A stretch of DNA of 56,637 nt from Octopus bimaculoides. Taxonomy: Eukaryota. Positions 37,911 through 50,477 of this stretch are shown here, piece after piece. The notes under the pieces were generated by a model. It saw only the letters and a list, made by a program, of their open reading frames with translations, was not told where the DNA came from and did not search any database. The stretch is taken from the NCBI RefSeq assembly GCF_001194135.2, contig NC_068984.1, positions 47,819,909 through 47,876,545 of the forward strand, written 5' to 3'. Positions within the stretch are counted from its first letter, which is position 1; the number at the start of each line of letters is the position of its first letter. The translations under genes and the position numbers were made by a program.

Positions 37911-38765
37911 CGAGGTGTAGTAAAAAAATATCAGACTTTGATTTTTGCATAAAATAATAAGGCGTGTGCAAGATCTGCATGGGTATTAGGTGGCCGTGTC
38001 CTTCCTGAGCATGCGCAATCATTTTCTTGTTTGTTGATTGCGCCATTCATCCGCAGTGACGCATTGAGTGCAGACGTGAAGAGTGTGGCGGATGATTTTT
38101 CTTTTTGAGTCAAGATGATCGAGGTCATTAAGCAAAGATACTGTATCAAATTCTGCCACAAATTTAGTAATACGCAAGCTCAGCCTATCGACAAAACTCA
38201 GAAAGCTATTGGAGATGATGCTATGGAAAAAAACACAAATAAAGGAGTGGTACAACCGGTACAAAGATGGCTGCACTTCAGCGGACAGTGAGACATGTTG
38301 TTGTCAGACAATTAACAAAGAATACTACCTGGGGATTCTCCGTTGCCTTCGTGAAACGACCCGACCTGTGATCAGCAGACAACTGACAACTCCACCATGA
38401 CAACGTACCCGCTCATTCTGCATTCCTCGTCAAGCAAAACATCCCACTTTTTCGTCAGGTTTTCTACTCCCCAGACTTGGCTCCGTGTGATTTTTGGCTA
38501 TTCCCAAAGCTGAAAAAAAAAAAATCACTCAAAGGAAGAAGATTTGAGTTAACAGAGGACATTAAATAAAAATTCGACGGCACAGCTCTGCAGCATCCCA
38601 AAAAGTGATTTCCAGAAATGTTTCCGGCTGTGGCAGGAATGCTGGCCGAGGTGTGTAGGATCCGAAGGCGAATACTTTGAAGAAACCTAAATGAAAATGG
38701 TGAGATTTTTTTTTATTATTACTTGTGGTTTGGCCAAAGTTCGGATACTGTTTCACTACACCTTG
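37911..38765 (+). mobile_element. Mariner transposon, internally deleted, both TIRs present, TA target site duplication
   Basis: TIRs cgaggtgtagtaaaaaaatatcagactttg / caaagttcggatactgtttcactacaccttg are flanked by TA. Remnants: KQRYCIKFC, KTQIKEWYNRYKDG, TINKEYYLGIL, HHDNVPAHS, YSPDLAPCDFWLFPKLK. Confidence 0.92.
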
Positions 38766-40036
38766 TATACTAATATGCTATTGCATTATATATTATTCGC
38801 TCGATTTGTTTAGCGTTAACCGCAAAGATAGCGATGCACACTCACATAACGACCATGAATATACATTTGAGTTTATTGATGAAAGCTTCATGGTAGATTT
38901 CAGTTATGTACCCTATTTTCCCGCCGTGGTACCTCTGTTGAGCATGATGCCTGAAACTTTTCGTCACGTCATCTCAATACATGAACCAAAGATAATGCAA
39001 AAGGCCCTTAACACGATGGTGCAAGGCAACCTAAGATTCGCGGATTTTTTTAATTAGAAGAATATCGATCTTTATTGTACTAGGGATCATTGCCTAGCAA
39101 TAATTGTATAAGTTATGTCTCTCTCTCTGTACGAGACCCAATCTTCGAAGATACTGAAATACATATTTGCAGGTTAAGGAGAATTTGTAGAAAGAAGTAT
39201 TCTTGGGAGCACAGTTTACTCTCTTCACACGATACTGATAGAGTTTATATCTGGTCAGCTTTCTATAGCGACACCTAACTTTCATCATTTCCATAGCGTT
39301 CCTGAATAATTGAATGGAATGTTTATTCAAAGGCACCTTACTTTTAATGCTTGAAAAGACTGTCCGCAATGCGTACTTTGTATTTTGTGCTTATGAAACC
39401 GATAATTATTGAAATAGAATTGATGGCCATTTTTCAAGAGAGTTGTAAATTGATGAATATTGTGACATATTCATGAATGGGGAAAACAAAAAGCACTAGA
39501 AAGCCCCATTGCAGGAGATGCATTGGTCTTGCTAGAATCATTTAAATTGAGAGTAAACATTCCGGTGTGAGATCGCAGCATGACGTATATTTAAGCATAT
39601 TTGATGAATTTATAGAATTGTAGATCCTGAAATTCGGGTATGAATAAAATACCTTCAACAGAAATTAGCAGTAGGGAACTAGCCACCTCTTGCGAATTTC
39701 ATGCTGTGTAGTCAAGGTTTGGATGCTTCCATTAACTGGTGCTCTGCTTCTGTAAGATGGATAGACTGCATTATCTGTTTGGGTGACATTCAGAAAAGTA
39801 TTCGAAACCATTTGGCCATATCTTATCTTGAAAACAAAATGTGTTCCTATGGAGAGAACTAAAGTGCTTATGTATATAAACACAATAGACATATTACCCC
39901 TTGTCTATCTACGTCCGAAGAAATACGACATTTCAGCGTCTTGGGCTGATAGTGCATTTCGAATTTCGTGTGTTCGAAAGGAAACAGATTCGATGATGTT
40001 CGCTACTATATGTATATATAAATATATATATATAAA

Positions 40037-40072
<36 letters not shown>

Positions 40073-40556
40073 AAGAAAGAGAGAGAAAGAAAGAGAGAGA
40101 TAGCATCAAGCGTTATCGAAATCAGTACATTGAGTACAGTGGAAAAGTATGTTTATCTTATCAAAAGATGACAGTTTTCTTTAATTTCGACCAAGAGATG
40201 TCTGGGTGCGACGGTTCAGCCAGATGTCAGGATAAATTCTAGCAGACTATCATTTTTGATGTAACAAATACACACGCGCACAAATGCACGCGCGTGCGCA
40301 TAGATACACACGCACACAAAGAAAAAAAACAGAGAGAGAGAGACATACACACACGCATATGTGTGTATATGTATGTGTGTGTGTGTATATATNNNNNNNN
40401 NNNNNNNNNNNNNNNNNNNNNNNNNNNNNNNNNNNNNNNNNNNNNNNNNNNNNNNNNNNNNNNNNNNNNNNNNNNNNNNNNNNNNNNNNNNNNNNNNNNN
40501 NNNNNNNNNNNNNNNNNNNNNNNNNNNNNNNNNNNNNNNATATATATATATATATA

Positions 40557-40711
40557 GGCACAGGAGTGGCTTATGGTAAGTAGCTTGCTTACCAACTACA
40601 TAGTTCTGGGTTCATTCCCACTGCGTGGCACCTTGGGCAAGTGTGTTCTTCTATAGTCTCGGGCATTGTGAGTGGATTTGGTAGACGGAAAACTGAAAGA
40701 AGCCCGTCGTA

Positions 40712-40746
<35 letters not shown>

Positions 40747-40991
40747 ATGTTTGTGTGTGTATGTTTGTGTGTGTATGTTTGTGTGTCTGTTTTTGTCTCC
40801 CCAACATCGCTTGACAACCGATGCTGGTGTGTTTACGTCCCCGTAACTTAGCAGATCGGCAAAAGAGACCGATAGAATAAGTACTGGGCTTCCAAAGAAT
40901 AAGTCCCGGGGCCGATTTGCTCGAATAGGGACGGTGCTCTAGCATGGCCACGGTCAAATGACTTATACAAGTAAAAGAGAGTAAAAGAGAG
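40557..40991 (+). mobile_element. tRNA-derived SINE family A, second copy
   Basis: Collinear with 37277-37850, including the microsatellite after gcccgtcgtat. Confidence 0.85.
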
Positions 40992-40997
40992 TATATA

Positions 40998-41371
40998 CAC
41001 AAGGATTGGACAAAACAATAGAAACACCTAGTATTATAACATCATAATTTTGAAATATCTATAAAACCGCCGAAAACTTCTTTATTTTGGTGCTTTTGAT
41101 TTATTATAAGTGTTGCTTAATATATTTTGCTAAAATTGCTGTTTCTTTTCAGGTATCATCAGAAAAAGGTAATTAAAATTCATTAAAATCACAGATCTAT
41201 CGGACTTTCAAAGAGGTCAAATTGTTGGTGCTCGTATGGTAGGAACTAACGTAACGAAAACAGCCGAAATGTTTGGTGTATCAAGAAGTATTGTCACGAA
41301 AGTAATGACAGCCTTTAAGAAAGAGGGAATAACCTCCTCATCGAGACAAAACTCCGGAAGAAAACCAAAAA
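40998..41371 (+). mobile_element. Tc1-like element 5' end (TIR plus N-terminal HTH), truncated by the next element
   Basis: TA|cacaaggattggacaaaacaatagaaacacc TIR-like start; DLSDFQRGQIVGARMVGTNVTKTAEMFGVSRSIVTKVMTAFKKEG...SGRKPK. Confidence 0.85.
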
Positions 41372-42717
41372 TAGCCATGCAAAAGTTTTCGGCAACCTCA
41401 CACAAGGCAATCAAGATAGTGTTTTAAAATTAAAAAAAATGTGTATAATGCAAATTTACTACATAATGTTTTATTTCCAGAAGCTACTGTACCTTGTTAA
41501 TATTTTGTGTGGCTTCCCTTAGCTTGAATAATTACTTCACTGTGCCTGGAAATAAATGCGTATAAATCTTTTACCATCTTCACAGGTATGAGATACCTTT
41601 CTCTGTGGCTGAATTCCCACAACTCTTCAAGATTGCGTCGATTCTTCCGGATATATCTTTTTAGTTCTGTTCACATTTGCTCGATGATATTTAAGTCAGA
41701 GCCCTGAGCTGACCAATCTTTCAATACTGTAACACCTTCATCAGTCAGACCCTGTTGTGTTGCATACGATCGGTGGCATGGAGCTCCGTCATGCTGAAAA
41801 CTCACACCTTCATCCAAGTCTGGTATCAAATTGTCCTTCAGCAACAAAGTGGGTCATTTCGCTTTCTAATAAGCAAGAATTTGTCAGAAGGCCTCCAGGA
41901 AATCGAAACGACCTATATTACGCGACGAAAACAGTGAAGTTTTGGGGTAAGAGTGTGATGCTTTGGGGATACATAAAAAGTGATGGTTCAAGAAAGCTGG
42001 TTAAAATTGACAGGAACTTGAATAGTACCAAATATACATCCAGTTGCTGAAGGAAGGACAATTTAATAACAGACTTGGATGGTGAGATTTTTTGTGATGA
42101 CAGAGCTCCATGCTACTGATCGCGTGCAATACAACAGAGTCTGGCCGATGAAGGTGTTTCAATATTGAAAGCTTGGCAAGCTCAGAGCTCTGACTTAAAT
42201 ATCACCGAAGAAATGCGGACTGAACTAAAGAGAAGATTTATTCAGAAGAATCCGCGAAAACTTGAAGAGTTGTGGGAGCTAGGCCACAGAGAATAGCATC
42301 TCATACCTGCGAAAATGGTGAAGGATTTGCACGCATCTCTTTCCAGGCATACCGAAGCGATTGTTCAAGCTAAGGGAAGCCACACGAAATATCAACAATG
42401 TACAGTAGTTTCTTGAAATAAGCATTATATAATAAATTTTTATTATACACATTTTTCTGTTTTAAAACTTTGCATTATGATTGGCTTATATGAGGTGGCC
42501 GAAAGCTTTTTGCACGGCCACTTTTGGTGGTCGTCTCGGATCTTCCCTTCTCATTCAGAGCTCCTACTACAAAATATAATGATTAGGTATGGAAATGACT
42601 CCAACATGGCCAGTGTTTCATCTGTAAAAAACGCAATGCGAAACATCCAATAATAAGTTGGCAATTAGTAGAAATTTACAATAGTTTAAAGTGGCGGAAG
42701 ACTTTTGCACGGTACTG
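41372..42717. mobile_element. Composite Tc1-like (DD35E) element: two inverted transposase C-termini and three TIRs
   Basis: Minus copy 41372-41845 reads FQHDGAPCH...KDWSAQGSDLNIIE...AKGSHTKY*. Plus copy about 41850-42522 reads SVMLWGYI..., DDRAPC...AWQAQSSDLNITE, AKGSHTKY. TIRs at 41372 (tagccatgcaaaagttttcgg), 42493-42522 and 42690-42717 (cggaagacttttgcacggtactg|TA). Confidence 0.88.
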
Positions 42718-42737
42718 TATATACATTCATACATCTG

Positions 42738-42803
<66 letters not shown>

Positions 42804-43004
42804 TGTGTGTGTCTGCGCGTGTGTGTGTTTGGGGGCGTATTATGTTGTCGTTGGCTATGGCCGGTTAGAAAGTTACCATGACCGATGACTAAACAATGGT
42901 TGCATAAAATATTGTTGCTCGCAAAAAAGAGCAAAAACAAATAGAAAAGTTAGCGTGTGCTTTTTGTCCGGACTTTTGATCAATTAACCGTTTATATACA
43001 TACA

Positions 43005-43036
<32 letters not shown>

Positions 43037-43039
43037 CAT

Positions 43040-43185
43040 ATACATATAATAGGGATGACCACTAAGTGGACATCCATTATGCTAGAAGTAGAGAACAATC
43101 TACTGTTTTCTTAGTGGTCAGATCGTAGGTGATATACTTCTAGCATAATGGATGTCCACTTAGTGGTCATCCCTATTATATGTAT
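43040..43185. repeat. Perfect 51-bp inverted repeat with 44-bp spacer
   Basis: 43040-43090 is the exact reverse complement of 43135-43185. Confidence 0.95.
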
Positions 43186-43270
43186 GTAATATAATTTTTC
43201 TGAAACTTCAGATTTTTTCAACATGCTAGGCCACTGGTTTTAAATTGATATTAATCAAAATTAATATTCN
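43135..43270 (-). repeat. Interspersed repeat family X copy
   Basis: Reverse complement aligns with 21860-21985. Confidence 0.8.
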
Positions 43271-43568
43271 NNNNNNNNNNNNNNNNNNNNNNNNNNNNNN
43301 NNNNNNNNNNNNNNNNNNNNNNNNNNNNNNNNNNNNNNNNNNNNNNNNNNNNNNNNNNNNNNNNNNNNNNNNNNNNNNNNNNNNNNNNNNNNNNNNNNNN
43401 NNNNNNNNNNNNNNNNNNNNNNNNNNNNNNNNNNNNNNNNNNNNNNNNNNNNNNNNNNNNNNNNNNNNNNNNNNNNNNNNNNNNNNNNNNNNNNNNNNNN
43501 NNNNNNNNNNNNNNNNNNNNNNNNNNNNNNNNNNNNNNNNNNNNNNNNNNNNNNNNNNNNNNNNNNNN

Positions 43569-43605
<37 letters not shown>

Positions 43606-44290
43606 TACTTCGTTTTTGTACTTGATTTGCAAGATTCTCGAAGGGAATTCATGTGCTGAAACAAATTTCATGTTTTGGGAGGGGTATTACACTAATAATA
43701 ATAACACATGCATCGGTTCATTTCCTCTTCTACAGTGTATGTCAGTTGGTTAAACATCTAACCAACTAAATAACTGATCATTTGTTTAATATGTTAGTTA
43801 GAAAATCATTCTGTTGTTTGTTGGCCATAGTTCTCTCGTGGCTAATCACGACCTCTTCAATGACATGTCTTCTGTCTTCAAGGTCTACACTGGGTCTGCC
43901 TGAGAATTAGTCATATGTCTGAGTGTTTGTAGATGTCTGTTTGTTTCCAGGATAGGGTATGAGAGGGAGTAAACAAAAGTTTACTGTGCATGTGCGTGCG
44001 CACGTGTATGTGCGCAAGTGTGTGTGCGTATATATGGCTGTGTATAAACAATTCTGCGACTGTCTGGATGTGTGTTTCAGTACTTGTGAGCGTATGTGCA
44101 TTAACCATTAATGACCTCAATAAGGGTTGAGCCTTTGCTGTTTAAGGTCAGTTCTGTCTCAGATCTGCTCGGATTAGCTTATCATGATCTTAAATATTTA
44201 TCGGTATAGTTCCTTATGTGAGGACGAGGGAGGGGAGAACAGAGTTAGTATGTGAGCATCTGCCTGTGTGCATGTGTGTGAGATGAGGGT

Positions 44291-44760
44291 GTGTGGTGTG
44301 AGTGTATGTGTGTGTGGTGTGTGCATGAGTGTGTGTGGTCTAGTGTGCGTGTCTTTGTGGTTGAGTCGGTTCCGTTTGTCAGCGTTTATGTTTGTATTAG
44401 TGTGTGTAAATGTGCGGGTGTTTGCTTATCTGAATGCATTACATTAGGTTTGTGGGCGTACATGCGTCTCCGTGTGGTGTGGCGTTTATTTAAATAAATA
44501 GGTGTATGTGTGTATGTCTGCGTACGTGCATTCCTATGTGTCTGTATGTGTTCCTGTGTACATGTGTGTGCATGTGTGTACGTGTGCATGTTTGCGCGTG
44601 CGCATGTGCATGTTTGTGTGCGTGTATACGTGTGTATGTGTGGTGTTTGTGTGCGTGGATGTGTATGTTGTTATGCATTCGTGTTTGTGTGTGTGTATGT
44701 GTATGTGTGTGTGCATGCCCGTGCGCGTTTGCGGTTGTGTGGTTGTGTATTGGAATTATT
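44291..44760. repeat. Degenerate GT-rich microsatellite field
   Basis: Direct reading; the ORFs here are C/V/M or H/T low-complexity translations. Confidence 0.9.
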
Positions 44761-44929
44761 CGTCACTACATGCATGAATTTGTATGGATTTTCTTGTATT
44801 CTGCCATCATCCTAATCCTATCTTATCTGTAACTTCCCATGCACGCACATATGTGTGTGAATTTACATGTATGTATATATATATTGGTTTCTAAATTTGA
44901 CACCAGGCCAGCCACTTACAGGTATGTGC

Positions 44930-45080
44930 TAAATCGATTAAATCGATTCCAGTGATTAACTGATACATATTTTAGCAACCCCAAAAGGATGAAAAGCAAA
45001 GTTGGCCTGGGCGGAATTTAAACTCAAGATAAGGACGGACGAAATGCCGGTAGGCATTTTGCCTGGCGTGCTGACGTTTC
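44930..45080 (-). mobile_element. SINE family C fragment
   Basis: aaaggatgaaaagcaaagttggcctgggcggaatttaaactcaag...gacgaaatgcc aligns with 35883-35950. Confidence 0.65.
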
Positions 45081-45980
45081 TTCAAAATCCCAACTTTCAT
45101 GCATTTAAATATTGGTTGCAAATTTTGGCACAAGGCCAGCATGTTGAGAGAGATAGTGTATAAGTCGATTACATCGACCTCAGTGCTTAACTGGTACTTA
45201 TTTTATCAACCTCATATGTATGTAAATATTTTCAACATGGAAATTTTGCAGTTTTATTTTGTTTGTATTATAGAATTTTCTTATTTCTCTATCATTTTAT
45301 TGTCGTTTGCTTGGAAGTATAATGTTCCTAGATCCATAAACAACATTTCTAGACTTCCACAGTTGCATCATGAGGATATGAGATACATTTCACTTCTTTG
45401 ACAGTAGTCAAATATTTGTAGATTTTACCCCTAAAAAAAGTTTTAGCTCTTAGGTTTACACGTCAGCAGTCACAAGTTAATTTTTAAATGTCTGAGCTTG
45501 CGTGTTTATTTTAGCATTGTGTTGCAACATGAGAATAGTTTCCATGCTTAGTCATCTAATTTGTGAGGAATTTAATATAAATCTATAAAAAAATCTTCTG
45601 ATGGCCTGATAGCGCCTTTCTTTTGTGTTTAATTTTTGATAATGCTATTTGTTTGGCGATTAAATGTATAAGAAAATTTATTTGGGATATTGTGTGTATG
45701 TGTAGAAGGGATTAATTTTCTTATGTCTTTTTACTCTATTTTATATATATAATTTTATATATATATATGTATATATATATATACTGGGATGAATTTTCCT
45801 TCAGTACGTGGAAAGTAAGGAAACCTTATTTGTGCATTTATTGTCGTAATTAATTTGTTTAACTATAACATGTAATTGATTTACTTATCATTGATTGTGT
45901 TTCTTAATCTTTGTAAATTTAGTTTTATCTCCGAGTAACTTATATTTTTTGTATATATATAGTATGTGTGTGTGTGTGTG

Positions 45981-46064
<84 letters not shown>

Positions 46065-48898
46065 ATATACATACGCAAAATTTCATAAATTATTCTGATA
46101 TAAAACAAATCATCAAAGATCAAGAAAGACGACGCAAATCAATTTTAACTTTAGTAAAACAAATTAATTACTGCGATTAATGCACAAATAAGATTCCCTT
46201 GCTTTGCAGGTATTGACGGAGAAATCTTCCCAGTGCATATTCTTGTATATACTTATGCCTGTATGTTTACACGCAATACACACACAAACACAAACATTTT
46301 ATATATACATATATACAGGCATAGATAGAGGAATGTGATTACGTGGATTTACATATGCAAGCATGTCTATGTGTGTATCTCAATTTGAATTCGTTACTTC
46401 GTTTTTATCTGCGTATGATTTTGCATTTTACATATGTATATAGATGTATGTGTGTGTGTGAGTGTGCCTGAGAGTTTGCGTGAGTGCTTGTAACAATTGA
46501 GATGTTGTTTTCCCAGACTGTCCTGCATTTTAACATTAAAATATTCAGAGTACGTTGGTGCTGTTGTGGACGTGCTGGTGTTTCTTAATGGCACAAGGCT
46601 TGGTGTTGAGAACTATATTAGGCACTTACATTGACTTTGGTGGTGACTATGATGGTAGTGGTAGTAGTAATGCTGTGTGGTAGTAGTAGTATTGTTTGTG
46701 TTTATGTGCAAGTATAATGGTGTTGGTGTAGATAGCAGCGTTCACTGTAATTCTATTCTTGTTATAATTTAGCAATAAATTAAACTTGATCCTGCAAAAC
46801 TCTCAAAAATTTCGTTCAAACTGTAAACATCTTTTATTTCAGATGTAGTGTATCTAGGATTATACACTCGAATGTGTCCTTCCTTTTATGTAAATAATAT
46901 TGTTGGCATTTGTAGTGTTGATACTAGTGATGGTGGTTGTGGTATTTGTGGAGGTATGTAACTACGTTCGTTTGAATATTCGAGAATTAATGTGTATGTG
47001 TCTGAGTGGGTGCGTGTGTTTGTTTCTTGTTAGTGCACAGAACTATTTATCCACAAGGGAGAGTGTGTATAAATCCTTCCACGCCCGTGTATTTCATTAC
47101 AATGGACATAGAACAGGAAAACTATAATAACCATATAAACTAACCATTACAAACTGACAAACGCGCATGAACTTATGCTGCTTAATATGCTGGAAATAGC
47201 AGCAAGCTGTCCATCATATATGCCTACCGCTATAAAACTATTGCTGTTAGTATCATTTTTTTTTTGTCTTTTAGTCAGGAGGGAAGGCAGTCCTCATGAC
47301 GCCTTACAAAGCTATTGGGTAGGAGGCAGTTTTGAAACAAGAGTCCTCACTCGAATACTTGCAGCACAGTGGGCTCCGTTAAACCCACCGAAACTGGTAA
47401 ATGGTGGCGTTCAACTTGGTAATGTATTAAATCTACCACCTGTGTAAACCATGTCGAGATTTATACTCAGAGTGCTAAGACTCGGAATAAACACCTTAAG
47501 GCATCCGTTTCGACGTTTCCAAAGTTCGACAACGTCTCCGTGCCCGGATTTGTCTTTGGTTCATTGACATTGAAAGTATAAAAGTCAAAGGTGATTTAGA
47601 TGGTATTTGAACTCACAACGCTGAAAGTCTGAACAAAAAGCGTGATGAATTGTATCCAACTTTAACGACCCTGCTATTTTCCGATTATTACTTATTCCAA
47701 TACCATATGAACCAATGACTTTTAATGACAAGTCTTGTCAATCACGGCTGACCTTGGGCTGGAACAGCAATAACAATTAAATAGTTAATAATTACATTAG
47801 TATTGAAATACTTAATTTAGGCGGCATTACAAATATAATTGAAAATAATTATGAGGGGAAGAATAAACGATATGTTCAATGACTATTCGGCAAAAAACGG
47901 GAGACAACTGAGGATACCGCTCTTGTAAAATTCACCGTATTTGTCGATATAAAGATGAAAGAAATGAAAGAAATCTTGTGCCCTAGGCGCATCTATTGCT
48001 GACTGCCATCTTTCAAAGTTGTGTGCAAGACGCAAGAATTGTATTTTCAAAATTTCTAGAATGGAAGAAATGTGTGTAGGTTTATCAAATATCTTGAAAT
48101 AACACTAGGTTTTAATTTTTTGCTTCTTACATCTTCTTTCAATGGAATTAAGAGCCATCACTATACATCACGCTTTAGCATTCTTATTCCCCTAAAGAAA
48201 TTCAGATGGCTGTTTTTCTTTTCTGCAATTCATTTGTCTGTCTGTTGTCTGTCTGTCTGTCAGTTTGCCATCTCTCTCTTTCTTTTCTATTTCTCTCTCC
48301 CACCTCTCTCTCTTATACAATGTCTTTCTTTCCACGCTTCTTTCTGTATTTGCTTCTTAATTTGTTTCTTTTACTCTGAATTTCTTTTTAATGTTTCGTC
48401 TTTTATTTCCCCATTCTTTTCAACGCCTATTAATTCGTTTATTCGTTCATTCCTATTATCTTGTCGTCTCTTCTTATATACGTTATACATACATACGTAC
48501 ATACATACATACATACATACATACATACATGGAGCCTTGAATCTATGTTAGAGTCCGGCTCTTTCTCTATGGACAAGAAATACAGAAATGAAACTGATTG
48601 ATAACACATACATACACAGAACCAACAGATGTGATTCATGGAATCTCGGTATAGAAAACACTTTGTAATGCTCAAATGATTTGAAGTTACACTCCATTAT
48701 CTTTACCGAGGACCAAATCTTTTAAAATATATACTGGTACATGTATATTGTTTATACATTAAAGGTTTTTTATGTTTATTTGAATTATTGTCTACACACG
48801 TACATCCACACACACACACATATATATATATGGAGGTATGTATGTATGTGTGTATGTATATATATGTGTGTGTATGCATGTATGTACATATATATGTT

Positions 48899-48960
<62 letters not shown>

Positions 48961-49748
48961 TTTATATATATATGTTTGTATATATATACATGCACACACA
49001 TGTATAAATATACACACACACATATATATATATGTACATAATTATGTATGTATACATATGTAAACTTATACACACACTCGCGCGCGCACACCCACACAGA
49101 TGTGTATATATGTATGTATATATCCCACGACTGTAATACTATACAGCTAATATGCGTTGGTCTCCTGCTATCCTAAAAAAAGTGACCATAAGTCTGTTTT
49201 CCTTTGAAGTGGAACGGTAACAGATGCAAGTAATTGTCCAAGTTTACCATTTTATGATATTATTATTTTATAACGTTCGCTTATTTTCCTAAATGTTGAG
49301 ATAAGTCTCTGAAGTTAAATATGGAATGAATAATGGGTTTCCTTATCTTTTATTCTTACTGCAATCAAATTTTATACACATTTTTTCTCACATTTCTTCT
49401 CACTTTGTGTTTTCGTGTTTTTGCTAATGGAATGCTAAAATTACATCATGGAGTTGATGTAAAACAAGGAGAAGGTAAACATAATCTAGCAGTGCTCGGG
49501 ACCTTACTCACCTGAGAACACTAATGTGTACAACTATAGCTAGATCATATTAAATCAAATCAATATTGTGTATAATATATCTAACATTTTGCAATTGCTA
49601 GCTGATAATGATACACCGAAACGGTCGTAGTGCTTTGTAATAAAGCCTGTCCATTTAATCTTCTCATATCAAAATCCTCTTATATATATATATATATATA
49701 TATACATACACCTATGCATAGATACACACATATGTATATACAGATGCA

Positions 49749-49788
<40 letters not shown>

Positions 49789-50424
49789 CATACACCTATG
49801 CATAGATACACACATATNNNNNNNNNNNNNNNNNNNNNNNNNNNNNNNNNNNNNNNNNNNNNNNNNNNNNNNNNNNNNNNNNNNNNNNNNNNNNNNNNNN
49901 NNNNNNNNNNNNNNNNNNNNNNNNNNNNNNNNNNNNNNNNNNNNNNNNNNNNNNNNNNNNNNNNNNNNNNNNNNNNNNNNNNNNNNNNNNNNNNNNNNNN
50001 NNNNNNNNNNNNNNNNNNNNNNNNNNNNNNNNNNNNNNNNNNNNNNNNNNNNNNNNNNNNNNNNNNNNNNNNNNNNNNNNNNNNNNNNNNNNNNNNNNNN
50101 NNNNNNNNNNNNNNNNNNNNNNNNNNNNNNNNNNNNNNNNNNNNNNNNNNNNNNNNNNNNNNNNNNNNNNNNNNNNNNNNNNNNNNNNNNNNNNNNNNNN
50201 NNNNNNNNNNNNNNNNNNNNNNNNNNNNNNNNNNNNNNNNNNNNNNNNNNNNNNNNNNNNNNNNNNNNNNNNNNNNNNNNNNNNNNNNNNNNNNNNNNNN
50301 NNNNNNNNNNNNNNNNNNNNNNNNNNNNNNNNNNNNNNNNNNNNNNNNNNNNNNNNNNNNNNNNNNNNNNNNNNNNNNNNNNNNNNNNNNNNNNNNNNNN
50401 NNNNNNNNNNNNNNNNNNNNNNNN

Positions 50425-50477
<53 letters not shown>

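Noticed and set aside
38725-39892. ORFs of 60-110 aa in unique sequence and a possible minus-strand ATG exon with a TGACGT motif near 38850-38990
   Set aside because: No recognisable domain; the longest ORF starts inside the mariner TIR; lengths are compatible with chance.
37850-41000. Both family A SINEs followed closely by a Tc1/mariner element
   Set aside because: The elements belong to different families, n=2, and TA targets are abundant, so coincidence is sufficient.
43744-43767. 9-bp inverted repeat agttggtta/taaccaact
   Set aside because: Short and AT-rich; expected by chance in 56 kb.
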